Assembly: GCA_963846365.1 (NCBI GenBank)
Contig: CAWJVN010000007.1
Coordinates: forward strand, 848,025-912,024
Length of the DNA: 64,000 bases
Direction: 5' to 3'
From: an uncultured Chloroflexia bacterium
Lineage (GTDB): Bacteria; Chloroflexota; Dormibacteria; Aeolococcales; Aeolococcaceae
The notes beneath the pieces were generated by a model, which was not told where the DNA came from, searched no databases, and was given only the letters and a program-made list of their open reading frames with translations. Shown here piece after piece: positions 8,448 to 18,063 of the stretch. Within the stretch, counting starts at the first letter, position 1. Each line of letters starts with the position of its first letter. The position numbers were made by a program, and so were the translations under genes.

Positions 8448-9500
8448 ATGTCCGGGCCGCCGCCGCTTCCCCCCGAGCCCCTGGGTGCGCCCCCGCACCG
8501 GGGCCGGCTCGTCGACGACGCCGTCGACAGCGCCGCGCTCGCCGGCAACCCGCTCGGCGACCCCGCCCGGCGCCGCCTGCTGGTCTGGCTGCCGCCCGGC
8601 TACGACGACGAGCCGGAGCGGCGCCTGCCGGCGATCTACGTGCTCCCCGGCTACGGGTCCTGCGTCGAGCGATGGTGCAACCGCGACCTCTTCGAGCCGA
8701 CCATCTTCGAGCGGCTGGAGGCGCTGTACGGCCGGCCCGACCCGCCACCGCCGTGCGTCTACGTCTACGTCGACGGCTCGACCCGCTACGGCGGCAGTCA
8801 GTTCGTGAACTCCAGCGCCACCGGACGCCACCAGGACTACGTCGCCGAGGACGTGGTCGCCCACGTCGACGCTCGCTACCGCACCCTGGCCGCGCCCCAG
8901 CACCGGGGCGTCTCCGGGCACAGCAGCGGCGGGGTCGGCGCGGTGGTGCTCTGCATGCGCCGGCCCGACGTCTTCGGCGGCTGCGCCTCCCACGCCGGCG
9001 ACAGCCTCTTCGAGCACTGCTACGGGCGCGAGCTCGGCGGCTTCGCCCGGGCGCTGCGCGAGCACGGCGGCGACCCGGTGGCCCTCCGCGACCGGCTGCT
9101 CGGCGACGAGGTGTACCGCGGTGCCAACTTCGGGCCGCTGATGGTGCTCGGCTGCGCCGCGGCCTACTCGCCCGACCCCGCGGCGCCGCTCGGCATCGGC
9201 CTGCCCGTCGACGCCGCGGGCACCCTCGACGAGCGCAACTGGGAGCGCTGGCTCGACCAGGACCCGGTGCGCATGGCCCCCCACCACGTCGACGCGCTGC
9301 GCTCGCTCCGTGCCGTCCACCTCGACGCCGGCGACGCCGACGAGTACTACATGGACCTGGGGACGGCGGCGCTCAGCGAGGTGCTCACCGAGCTCGGCGT
9401 CGAGCATCGCCACGAGACCTTCCCCGGCGGCCACAGCGGCATCGCCCACCGCTACCCGGTCGGCTACGAGCACCTCGCCCGCGCCCTCAGCCCTGGCTGA
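8448..9500 (+). CDS. putative esterase (esterase D / enterochelin-esterase-like alpha/beta hydrolase)
   Basis: Internal ATG 8448 (MSGPPPLPP); GHSSGG nucleophile elbow; PF00756-like pattern. Confidence 0.7.
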   Translation: MSGPPPLPPEPLGAPPHRGRLVDDAVDSAALAGNPLGDPARRRLLVWLPPGYDDEPERRLPAIYVLPGYGSCVERWCNRDLFEPTIFERLEALYGRPDPPPPCVYVYVDGSTRYGGSQFVNSSATGRHQDYVAEDVVAHVDARYRTLAAPQHRGVSGHSSGGVGAVVLCMRRPDVFGGCASHAGDSLFEHCYGRELGGFARALREHGGDPVALRDRLLGDEVYRGANFGPLMVLGCAAAYSPDPAAPLGIGLPVDAAGTLDERNWERWLDQDPVRMAPHHVDALRSLRAVHLDAGDADEYYMDLGTAALSEVLTELGVEHRHETFPGGHSGIAHRYPVGYEHLARALSPG

Positions 9501-10320
9501 GCAGCGCCAGCGCGCCCCAGAGGTTGCGGTCCTCGCCGAGGGTGGCGCGGCGCACCGGCGGCCGGGGCTGCAGGCGGAGCGCGGAGTCGATGGTTGCCGA
9601 CAGCGACGGCCAGAACCGCTCCCACCGCTGGCAGACGCCGCCGCCGAGCACGACGACGTCGGGGTCGTGGAGGGCGATGGCGTTGACCACGCCGAGGCCG
9701 AGCCAGCGGCCCACGTCCTCCCAGGCGGCGGGGTCGTCGAGGTGCTCGGCCGCGACCCCGAAGCGGCGCGCGATCGCCATGCCCGAGGCCAGGCTCTCCA
9801 GGCAGCCGTGGCCACCGCAGTGGCAGGGCGGTCCGCCCAGCCAGCCGGGCCAGAGCACCTGGTGGCCGCCCTCGGTGTCATTGCGCCCGGTGAGCGGCCG
9901 GCCGTCGACGACCACCCCGCTGCCGATCCCGGTGGAGACGGTGAGGTAGACGCAGCTGGCGCTTCCCCGCGCGGCCCCGGCGCTCACCTCGGCGAGGGCG
10001 GCGCAGTTGGCGTCGTTCTCGAGCAGCACCGGGCAGCCGTAGCGCTCCCGGAGCGGCCCGGCGAGGGCCAGGCCGCACCAGCTCGGCGGCATGTTCGGCG
10101 GGTTGACCAGCGCCCCCCGGGAGCGGTCGAAGGGGCCGGGGACGGCCAGCCTCAGCCCCTCCAGCGGCCGGCCGGCCCGGGCCTCGTCGAGCATCTCCAC
10201 CAGGGTCTCGAGGGGCCGCGCGGCCGGGGTGGGGCGGCGCACCGCCGGTCCCGGGCGGCGGTCGTCGCCGGCGACCGCGGCGAGCAGCTTGGTGCCGCCG
10301 ATGTCGATCGCCCCGAGCAT
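9487..10320 (-). CDS. ROK-family sugar kinase (glucokinase-like)
   Basis: MLGAIDIGGTK; CHCGGHGCLE zinc motif. Confidence 0.8.
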   Translation of the reverse strand: MLGAIDIGGTKLLAAVAGDDRRPGPAVRRPTPAARPLETLVEMLDEARAGRPLEGLRLAVPGPFDRSRGALVNPPNMPPSWCGLALAGPLRERYGCPVLLENDANCAALAEVSAGAARGSASCVYLTVSTGIGSGVVVDGRPLTGRNDTEGGHQVLWPGWLGGPPCHCGGHGCLESLASGMAIARRFGVAAEHLDDPAAWEDVGRWLGLGVVNAIALHDPDVVVLGGGVCQRWERFWPSLSATIDSALRLQPRPPVRRATLGEDRNLWGALALLSQG

Positions 10321-10385
10321 GGCCGCGAGGGTAGCAGGCGGCCGCCGGACCTCCGCGGGCCGGTGGCCGGGTAGGATTCGACGCC

Positions 10386-11345
10386 GTGCTGACGCTGGCC
10401 GACGTCCTCGCCGCGCGGCGGCGGCTGGCGCCGCACCTCCCGCCGACCGCGCTCCTCCGCCACCCGCGCCTGAGCGCCCTGGCCGGCACCGAGGTCCTCG
10501 TCAAGCACGAGAACCATCAGCCCACCGGCGCCTTCAAGGTGCGCGGCGGCATCAACCTGGTCTCCCAGCTCGGCCCCGACGAGCGCGAGCGCGGCGTGGT
10601 CGCGGCGTCGACCGGGAACCACGGCCAGTCGGTCGCATACGCGGCGGCGCTCTTCGGGGTTCGGGCGGTGATCTGCGTTCCCGAGGGGGCGAACCCGGTG
10701 AAGGTCGGCGCGATCCGCGACCGGGGCGCCGAGGTCGTGGTCCACGGCCGCGACTTCGACGAGGCCCGGGAGCACAGCGAGCGCCTCGCCGCCGAGCACG
10801 GATACCGCTACGTCCACTCCGGCGACGAGCCCCTGCTGATCGCCGGGGTCGCGACCGCCACCCTGGAGATCCTGGAGGCCGATCCCCTCGTCGACGTCCT
10901 GATCGTCCCGGTCGGGGGCGGCAGCGGCGCCGCCGGGGCCTGCCTCGCCGGCAAGGCGATCCGGCCGTCGCTCGAGGTGATCGGCGTCCAGTCGGAGGCG
11001 GCGCCGGCCGCCCACCGATCGTGGCGGGCCCGCCGCCTCGTCGAGGACCGCATGGAGACGTTCGCCGAGGGCCTGGCGACGCGGACCGCCTTCGACCTGC
11101 CCCAGCGGATCCTCTGGGAGATGCTCGACGACTTCGTGCTGGTGTCCGACGACGAGATCCGGGAGGCGATGGTGCTGATGCTCGAGGCGACCCGCAACCT
11201 GGTGGAGGCCGCCGGCGCCGCACCGCTGGCCGCGGCGCTGCGCCTCCGCGACCGGCTCGCCGGCCGGCGGGTCGCGCTCGTCGCCAGCGGTGGCAACGTC
11301 AGCCTCGACCAGCTCGAGGAGGTGCTGTCGAGGCGGCGGCGGTGA
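10386..11345 (+). CDS. threonine / serine dehydratase (PLP-dependent, short catabolic form)
   Basis: FKVRGG...STGNHG PLP fold II motifs; GTG start. Confidence 0.8.
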   Translation: MLTLADVLAARRRLAPHLPPTALLRHPRLSALAGTEVLVKHENHQPTGAFKVRGGINLVSQLGPDERERGVVAASTGNHGQSVAYAAALFGVRAVICVPEGANPVKVGAIRDRGAEVVVHGRDFDEAREHSERLAAEHGYRYVHSGDEPLLIAGVATATLEILEADPLVDVLIVPVGGGSGAAGACLAGKAIRPSLEVIGVQSEAAPAAHRSWRARRLVEDRMETFAEGLATRTAFDLPQRILWEMLDDFVLVSDDEIREAMVLMLEATRNLVEAAGAAPLAAALRLRDRLAGRRVALVASGGNVSLDQLEEVLSRRRR

Positions 11346-11367
11346 CCCGGGCCGCCTCGACGCCTGG

Positions 11368-12459
11368 TCAGCGGGTCCCGATCGCGAGCCGGCTGGCACC
11401 CCCGGAGATCTCGACGGCGTAGTGGTCGGCGCCGTCCGCGTACTCCCGCGACTGGAGGCGGATGGGGCCGCCGATGCCACCGAACTCCTGGGCGTCGAGC
11501 ACGAGCTTGGCGGCCCCGCCCTGGACCTGGAGGCTGAGCGCGGTGCCCGCCGGCCGCCGCACCGTGAGCCTGCTCACCCCCCCGGAGATGCGCAGCGGCA
11601 CCACCCCGACGGGGGCGGGCAGGTCGATCTCCACCTCGCTGCCACCGCCCTTCACGGTGAGGGAGCGGACCACCAGGCGGTGCAGGTCGGCGGTGAACTT
11701 CGCGACCCCGCCCTGGACCTCGAGGTCCCAGGGGATCGCCGAGCTCAGGCTGAACCGGGAGCCGCGCGGGCGGCCCTCGAACAGCGAGAAGCGGCGGTAG
11801 CGGACCGCCACGGTGCCGTCCTGGACGCGGATCTCCGGCACCGGTCCGTCGAAGTGGGCGCGGTAGAGGTCGTCGCCCCCCGCCTCCCCGTCGATGGTCA
11901 CGTGCGCGACCCCGGCGGAGAAGATGAGGCGGCCGGTGGCGGCGTCGCCGCGCGGCGCCGAGGGGTCGGTGGTCGGGTCGGTGCCCCGCCGCAGCGCGGC
12001 GATCTGGTTCTGGATCACGGGATGGCTCCTTCTGATGAACTGGACGATGAGGTCGAGCTGCTCGTCGGTGTAGGTGGCCTCGCCCTCCGCTCCGGCGAGG
12101 ATCGAGCGGAAGACGGCGTCGAGCTCGGGCGCGCGGGCCCGGAGCTCCTCGTCGGAGAGGGGCTGGACGATGACCTTGCGGCGGTCCACGGAGTCCCTCT
12201 CCCTGCGGACCAGCCCCGCCTTCTCGAGGCGGTCGACGACGCCGGTGACCGCGCCGGTGGTCAGCCCGGTTCGCTCGGCGAGCTGGCCGGCGGCGATCGG
12301 GCCGGCGGTGCCCAGGACGCTCAGGCACTGCAGGTCGGTGCCGTTGATCCCGAGGCGGTCGGAGATGCCCTGGTTGAGGAGGGCGAGCTCGCCGGCGAGC
12401 TGGCGCCACTCCCGGGTGAGCTCGGTGTCGAGCTCGGCGCGTGGTTTCCTCAGCGGCAC
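11368..12459 (-). CDS. MarR-family HTH regulator fused to a C-terminal DUF4097-like beta-strand repeat (toast-rack) domain
   Basis: N-terminus: MarR winged helix (LTTGAVTGVVDRLEKAGLVRRERDSVDRRKV). C-terminus: repeated (V/I)xLx(V)QGG(V/A)xKL / ISGGxSRL strands typical of LiaG/DUF4097. Confidence 0.6.
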   Translation of the reverse strand: MPLRKPRAELDTELTREWRQLAGELALLNQGISDRLGINGTDLQCLSVLGTAGPIAAGQLAERTGLTTGAVTGVVDRLEKAGLVRRERDSVDRRKVIVQPLSDEELRARAPELDAVFRSILAGAEGEATYTDEQLDLIVQFIRRSHPVIQNQIAALRRGTDPTTDPSAPRGDAATGRLIFSAGVAHVTIDGEAGGDDLYRAHFDGPVPEIRVQDGTVAVRYRRFSLFEGRPRGSRFSLSSAIPWDLEVQGGVAKFTADLHRLVVRSLTVKGGGSEVEIDLPAPVGVVPLRISGGVSRLTVRRPAGTALSLQVQGGAAKLVLDAQEFGGIGGPIRLQSREYADGADHYAVEISGGASRLAIGTR

Positions 12460-12625
12460 GGTGTTGCTTCCCTCAGTATGTATCTTACATAGCTAAGTAA
12501 TACTGTACGGCAAGACGTCCTCCGCCGGCGACCTTCGCGGTCACGGGTGTGTGACGGTGTCCGGGGCTCCGCACCCGGGGCGGTGACAGCCGGACACCCC
12601 GGCGAGCGGCGCATACTCGGCTCCC

Positions 12626-13390
12626 ATGCTGCTCGCCATCGACGTGGGCAACTCCAACATCGTCGTCGGGGTCTTCGAGGGCGAGCGGCTGGTCGCCGAC
12701 TTCCGGCTGCGCACCGACGCGCACGCCACCGGCGACGAGCTCGGCCTGACCGTCACCGGCCTGCTCCGCAGCCGCGGCGTCGAGGTCTCGACGATCACCG
12801 GGGTGGTGGTGAGCAGCGTCGTCCCCACCCTGTCGCGCAGCATCGAGGGGCTCGCCCAGATCTTCTTCGGGCTGAGCCCGATGGTGGTGGGCCCGGGGGT
12901 GCGCACCGGGATGCGCATCCTCTACGACGATCCCCGGCAGGTGGGCGCCGACCGCATCGTCAACGCCATCGCCGCCTACCGCCGCTACGGCGGCCCGGCG
13001 GTGCTGGTCGACTTCGGCACCGCCACCACCTTCGACGCCATCTCGGCCCAGGGCGAGTACCTCGGCGGGGCGATCGCGCCCGGGATGCTGATCAGCCTGG
13101 AGGCGCTGGTGGCCCGCGCCGCCAAGCTGAGCCGCGTCGACCTGGTCGCCCCCGGCTCGGTGATCGGCCGGACCACCACCGCCAGCATGCAGGCGGGGAT
13201 GGTGTACGGGTACGTCGGGCTGATCGAGGGCCTGGTGTCCCGGATGCGGGCCGAGCTCGGGCCCGGGACCCGGGTGATCGGGACCGGGGGGATCGCCGAG
13301 CTGATCGCCTCGGAGACCGACTGTATCGAGGTCGTCGACCAGCGGTTGACGTTGGATGGGTTGAGACTGATTCACGAGTTGAATTCGTAG
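12626..13390 (+). CDS. coaX: type III pantothenate kinase
   Basis: MLLAIDVGNSN...; full-length CoaX similarity. Confidence 0.9.
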   Translation: MLLAIDVGNSNIVVGVFEGERLVADFRLRTDAHATGDELGLTVTGLLRSRGVEVSTITGVVVSSVVPTLSRSIEGLAQIFFGLSPMVVGPGVRTGMRILYDDPRQVGADRIVNAIAAYRRYGGPAVLVDFGTATTFDAISAQGEYLGGAIAPGMLISLEALVARAAKLSRVDLVAPGSVIGRTTTASMQAGMVYGYVGLIEGLVSRMRAELGPGTRVIGTGGIAELIASETDCIEVVDQRLTLDGLRLIHELNS

Positions 13391-13719
13391 TCGTCTTTGC
13401 GGGTTTGGGGTTGGCGCGGGTTACGGGGGGGTTGTGTTTTTGTGTGGTTCTGCGTTGTTTCTTTGCTGGCCAGGGGGGGAAGGGGTTTGCGGTGGGTTTG
13501 CGCGTAGGTGGCGGCGGTCTGCGCGGGGCGGCTGTTTGCTTGAGGGCGAACCTATAATTGCATTGCAATGAGCGCAATGCCCGACAGTCACTCCACGCGT
13601 GCCAGCTTGTCGCCAGAGTCGGAGATGTGCGCGCTGGCGGTGGGGATGCATGCTGATTCGGCGCGGATGGCGGAGCTGGTCTGTGCATTCGCGGACGGCG
13701 GGATTGGCGGCGGGCGGGA

Positions 13720-14452
13720 GTGCGCAGCTGCTCGGACTGGGTGATGGCCAACCTCGGGTTCGACCGGTACACCACCGACAAGCTGGTGCGCGCGGGGGTT
13801 GCCGCGCGCAAGCTGCCCGCCGTTGCCGAGGCGTTCTCCGCGGGTGAGCTCTCGCTCGCCGCCGATCCCGCCGCCGCGCTGCGGGCCGACGCCCTGGTCG
13901 CGCTGTGCGGCGCCGGGCACGGCGGCGGCACCGCGCCGTCGCCGGCGCAGCTGGTGGTGCACGTCGACCTCGGGGTGCTCACCGGCGAGACCCCGGACGG
14001 GCGCTGCCACATCCTCGACGGTCCCGCCCTCTCCGCCGCGGCGGCGCGGCGGCTGGGCTGCGACGCCACCATGGTCACCCTGCTCGAGCGCGACGGGCAG
14101 GTCGTCGGCGGCGGACCCGAGCGGCCGGGGGTCACGCCCCGGATGCGGCGCGCGGTGCAGGGCCGGGACGGCACCTGCCGCTACCCCGGCTGCGCGATGG
14201 CGGCGACCCGGACCGACGCCCACCACAGCCACCACTGGATCGACGGAGGTCCGACGAGACTCTGGAACCTCCTCTCGCTCTGCGACTACCACCACGACCG
14301 GCACCACGACGGCGAGTACGACATCCGCCGCACCGCCCGGGGGCGACCTCTGCTTCGAGACCCACGACGGCCTGCTGCTCGGCACCGCCACCGGCGGGTG
14401 CTGGAGGCGACCGGCTACGCGCCCACCTCGACCGCCCAGATCAGGACCATGA
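13720..14452 (+). pseudogene. HNH endonuclease / DUF222 (REP13E12-like) gene remnant, 5'-truncated and frameshifted
   Basis: CRYPGC...HHSHHWIDGGPT..LWNLLSLCDYHHDRHHDGEYDIRRTARG in one frame continues as DLCFETHDGLLLGTATGG in another after a G5 run near 14335; N-terminal DUF222 part missing. Confidence 0.55.
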
Positions 14453-14693
14453 ACAGCCAGAAGGCGTACGCGGCGCTGATCCAGACGCTCTGCATGTTGC
14501 GGCTCTCCACCCGGCGGGCGACCAGCACGATCAGCCACAGCATCCCGGCCGAGGCGACCACGTCCAGCAGCCGGCCGCTCAGGGGCGCGTGCAGGACGGC
14601 GCCGAGGAGCAGGGTGAGGGCCGGGGGCAGCCCCAGGGGGATCACCCACCAGGGCAGCTCGACGGGTTCTCCGAGCCGGCGGGGCTGGCTCAC
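14415..14693 (-). CDS. small hydrophobic membrane protein (92 aa), 4-nt overlap with dusB
   Basis: Two predicted TM helices; ATGA-type overlap at 14690-14693. Confidence 0.45.
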   Translation of the reverse strand: MSQPRRLGEPVELPWWVIPLGLPPALTLLLGAVLHAPLSGRLLDVVASAGMLWLIVLVARRVESRNMQSVWISAAYAFWLFMVLIWAVEVGA

Positions 14694-15736
14694 CCCTCGC
14701 CGCTGGTGAAGACCGGGCGGAACCAGCCGCCCGACGACTCGCCGGCGGCGAGGGCGGCGTCGAAGAGCTCGTCGACGCGCTCCGGGGTGTCGAGGTCCTG
14801 CACCGCGGCGCGCAGCTTCGAGGCGCCGGCGCAGCCGCGGATGGTCCAGGCGACGTACTTGCGGCCGATCTTCAGCGCGCGGCGCTCGCCGTAGTAGGCG
14901 ATGAGCTCATGGAGATGGCGGCGGGCGAGCGCCACCCGCTCGGCGAAGGGCTGCTCCTCGAGCAGCTCGCCGGTGGCGAGGCGGTGGGCGGCCTGGCGCA
15001 CCAGCCAGAAGTTGCCGAGCATGCCCCGGGCGACGATCACGCCGTCGACCCGGCCGCTCTCCACCTCGGCGGCCATCCGCCGCACGTCCATGGCGTCGCC
15101 GCTGCCGATCACCGGGATGTCGACCGCCTCCTTCACCCGGGCGATCTCGTCCCAGTCGGCGCTGCCCGCGTAGCCCTGGCAGCGGGTGCGGCCGTGGACC
15201 GTCACCATGGCGACGCCCACGTCCTGGAGGGCGCGGGCGAGCTCGGGCGCGTTGATCGTGGAGTGATCCCAGCCCAGCCGCATCTTCGCGGTCACCGGGA
15301 CGTCGACCGCCGCGGTCATCGCCCCCAGCACCCTCGCCGTGGCGGTGACGTCCCGGGCGAGCGCGGCGCCGTTGCCCAGGCCCACCACCTTGCGCACCGG
15401 GCAGCCGAGGTTCACGTCCACGGTCTGCGCGCCGCGGTCGACGGCCACCCGCGCGGCCTCGGCCATGATCTCCGGGTCGCTGCCCACGAACTGGGCTCCC
15501 ACCGGGCTGACGACGCCGGCGGGGAAGTCGAGCAGCCGCAGGCTCGCCTCGATGCTGCGCGCCACCGCCTCGGCGGCGACCATCTCGGTGCACACCAGCC
15601 CCGCACCCATCTCCGCCGCGATCGCGCGGAAGGGCACGTCGGTGATGCCCGCCATCGGGGCCACCAGCACCGGCGAGCACAGCTCCAGGTTTCCGAGGCG
15701 CAGCGGGGCGAGCCGGGAGGAGGCGGTGGCGGTCAT
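14690..15736 (-). CDS. dusB: tRNA-dihydrouridine synthase
   Basis: VLVAPMAGITD...TVDVNLGCP...TVHGRTR motifs; internal ATG at 15736. Confidence 0.85.
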   Translation of the reverse strand: MTATASSRLAPLRLGNLELCSPVLVAPMAGITDVPFRAIAAEMGAGLVCTEMVAAEAVARSIEASLRLLDFPAGVVSPVGAQFVGSDPEIMAEAARVAVDRGAQTVDVNLGCPVRKVVGLGNGAALARDVTATARVLGAMTAAVDVPVTAKMRLGWDHSTINAPELARALQDVGVAMVTVHGRTRCQGYAGSADWDEIARVKEAVDIPVIGSGDAMDVRRMAAEVESGRVDGVIVARGMLGNFWLVRQAAHRLATGELLEEQPFAERVALARRHLHELIAYYGERRALKIGRKYVAWTIRGCAGASKLRAAVQDLDTPERVDELFDAALAAGESSGGWFRPVFTSGEG

Positions 15737-16026
15737 CCCCGCGATGGTATCCGGGGCGGTTGCTCGGGGCGCGATGCCCCACCGCATGAGAAAAGGGGCG
15801 CCTCCGGTAGAGGGGAGACGCCCCGAGAGGGGGGGCAGAGGTACCGTCATCGGACGGAGACCCTTGATGATACTCTCCGTATCACCATAGGGCAAGTGCC
15901 GCGGGCCGTCCGAGCCTCACCGTCCGGGGGGATTGGGGACATGAACCGCTGGCGCTCGCCTATACTCGCCGGCCATCCCGCCCGTGCCCAAACGGCGGGC
16001 CGCCGATGCGCGAGGTCACCCGCCCA

Positions 16027-16488
16027 ATGCTCGACAAGCCCGTCCTCCTCACCAGGGAGGGCCTGGACAAGCTCCAGAAGGAGCTGGAGGAGCTGCGCAC
16101 CACCCGGCGCAGCGAGATCGCCGAGCGCATCAAGTACGCAATGGAGTTCGGCGACATCAGCGAGAACGCCGAGTACGACGACGCCAAGAACGAGCAGGGC
16201 ATGCTCGAGGGCCGAATCCTCACCCTCGAGAAGATGATCCGCAACGCGGTGATCATCGAGGAGCAGCACGACGGCCGCGTCCAGGTGGGCTCGCGGGTGA
16301 CGGTGCGCGACGAGTTCGGCGAGGAGGAGTACCACGTCGTCGGCCCCGCCGAGGTCGACGTCGCCAAGGGCCGCATCTCGATGGAGTTGCCGGTGGGCAA
16401 GGCGCTCCTCGGCCATCGCATCGGTGAGGAGGTGCGGGTCGCGACCCCCGGTGGGGTGCGCCCCGTCACCATCGTCCGCGTCTCCTGA
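16027..16488 (+). CDS. greA: transcription elongation factor GreA
   Basis: MLDKPVLLTREGLDKLQKELEELRTTRRSEIAERIKYAMEFGDISENAEYD. Confidence 0.9.
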   Translation: MLDKPVLLTREGLDKLQKELEELRTTRRSEIAERIKYAMEFGDISENAEYDDAKNEQGMLEGRILTLEKMIRNAVIIEEQHDGRVQVGSRVTVRDEFGEEEYHVVGPAEVDVAKGRISMELPVGKALLGHRIGEEVRVATPGGVRPVTIVRVS

Positions 16489-16497
16489 TCCCCCTCC

Positions 16498-18063
16498 GTG
16501 GCTGAGCAGGACCTGATCGCCGAACGGCGGCGCAAGGTCAAGGAGCTGGCGGCGCTGGGAGTGCCCGCGTACGGCGTCGACTTCCGTCCCGACACCACCC
16601 TCGACGGCGCCCTGGCGCAGCTCACCGCCTTCGAGGCGGAAGCCGGACCCGCCCCCGAGGGCGGTGCGCCCCGCGAGGGGCCGGCGGTCACCGTCGCCGG
16701 CAGGGTGATGCAGCTGCGTCCGTCCGGCGGGGTCGCCTTCGCCCACATCGAGGACGAGGACCGCCGCCTCCAGCTCTGGATCCCGCGCGACCGGGTCGGC
16801 CTCGCGGCGTGGGAGGTGGTGCGCCGCCTCGACCTCGGCGACATCGTCGGGGTCCGCGGCCGGCTCACCCGCACCCGCCGGGGCGAGCCGAGCGTGCTCG
16901 CCGGCGAGGTCGTGCTCCTGGTCAAGGCGCTGCGGCCGCCGCCCGAGAAGTTCCACGGGCTCCAGCACCAGGAGACCCGCTACCGGCGGCGCTACCTCGA
17001 CCTGCTCAGCAACGCCGACCAGCGCCGCCACTTCGCGACCCGCTCCGCGATCGTGCGCTCGGTGCGCGCCACCCTCGACGGGCGCGGCTTCCTCGAGGTC
17101 GAGACCCCCATCCTCCAGCCGATCGCCGGCGGCGCCAGCGCGAAGCCGTTCTCGACCCACTGGAACGCGCTCCACACCGACGTGTACCTGCGCATCGCCA
17201 TCGAGCTCCACCTCAAGCGGCTGCTGGTCGGCGGCTACCGGCGCGTCTACGAGATGGGCCGGGTCTTCCGCAACGAGGGGCTCTCGCCGCGGCACAACCC
17301 CGAGTTCACGATGCTCGAGGCCTACGAGGCCTACGGCGACTACACCACGATGCGCGAGCTCGCCGAGGCGATCGTCGTCGACGCCGCCCACGCCGCCGGG
17401 GCGCAGCCCGAGCCCGAGGACGAGGGCGGCTCCTCGCCCTGCCTCAACCCGCTGGCGCGGCGGCTCGGCGGCCGCGAGCTCGACCTCACCCCGCCCTTCC
17501 GCACCGCGCGGATGGTCGACCTGGTCGCCGAGCGCTGCGGCTTCGACCCGCTCGCCGCCTGGGAGGCGGGGACGCTGCTCGACGAGGCCCGGCGCCTCGA
17601 GGTCGAGCCCCCGCCCGGTGCCGGCCCCGGGGGCATCCTCCTCGAGATCTACGAGCAGCAGGTCGAGGGGACGCTCTGGGATCCCACCTTCGTCCTCGAC
17701 TACCCGGCCGAGGTGTCTCCGCTGGCGCGGCGCCGCGCCGACGACCCCCGCTTCACCGAGCGCTTCGAGCTGATCGTCGCCGGCCGCGAGCTCGCCAACG
17801 CCTTCAGCGAGCTCAACGACCCCATCGACCAGCGGATGCGCTTCGAGGACCAGGCCCGCAAGCGCGCCGCCGGCGATGCCGAGGCGCAGCCCCTCGACGA
17901 GGACTTCCTCGAGGCGATCGAGACCGGCATGCCCCCGGCGGGCGGCCTGGGCATCGGCATCGACCGGCTCGTCATGCTGCTCACCGACAGCCCCACCATC
18001 CGCGACGTGCTGCTCTTTCCCACGATGCGCCCCCAGCCGCCGGCCACCGGAGAGACCAGGTGA
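16498..18063 (+). CDS. lysS: lysine--tRNA ligase (class II)
   Basis: Full-length LysS similarity, class II motifs. Confidence 0.9.
   Translation: MAEQDLIAERRRKVKELAALGVPAYGVDFRPDTTLDGALAQLTAFEAEAGPAPEGGAPREGPAVTVAGRVMQLRPSGGVAFAHIEDEDRRLQLWIPRDRVGLAAWEVVRRLDLGDIVGVRGRLTRTRRGEPSVLAGEVVLLVKALRPPPEKFHGLQHQETRYRRRYLDLLSNADQRRHFATRSAIVRSVRATLDGRGFLEVETPILQPIAGGASAKPFSTHWNALHTDVYLRIAIELHLKRLLVGGYRRVYEMGRVFRNEGLSPRHNPEFTMLEAYEAYGDYTTMRELAEAIVVDAAHAAGAQPEPEDEGGSSPCLNPLARRLGGRELDLTPPFRTARMVDLVAERCGFDPLAAWEAGTLLDEARRLEVEPPPGAGPGGILLEIYEQQVEGTLWDPTFVLDYPAEVSPLARRRADDPRFTERFELIVAGRELANAFSELNDPIDQRMRFEDQARKRAAGDAEAQPLDEDFLEAIETGMPPAGGLGIGIDRLVMLLTDSPTIRDVLLFPTMRPQPPATGETR

Noticed and set aside
15790-15880. 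Possible small RNA / terminator hairpins (GGGGCGCCTCC..GGAGACGCCCC and ACGGAGA-N13-TCTCCGT) between dusB and greA
   Set aside because: They lie in a divergent promoter region without a U-tract. More likely promoter-proximal structure or operator sites than an independent ncRNA; not enough evidence to call a feature.
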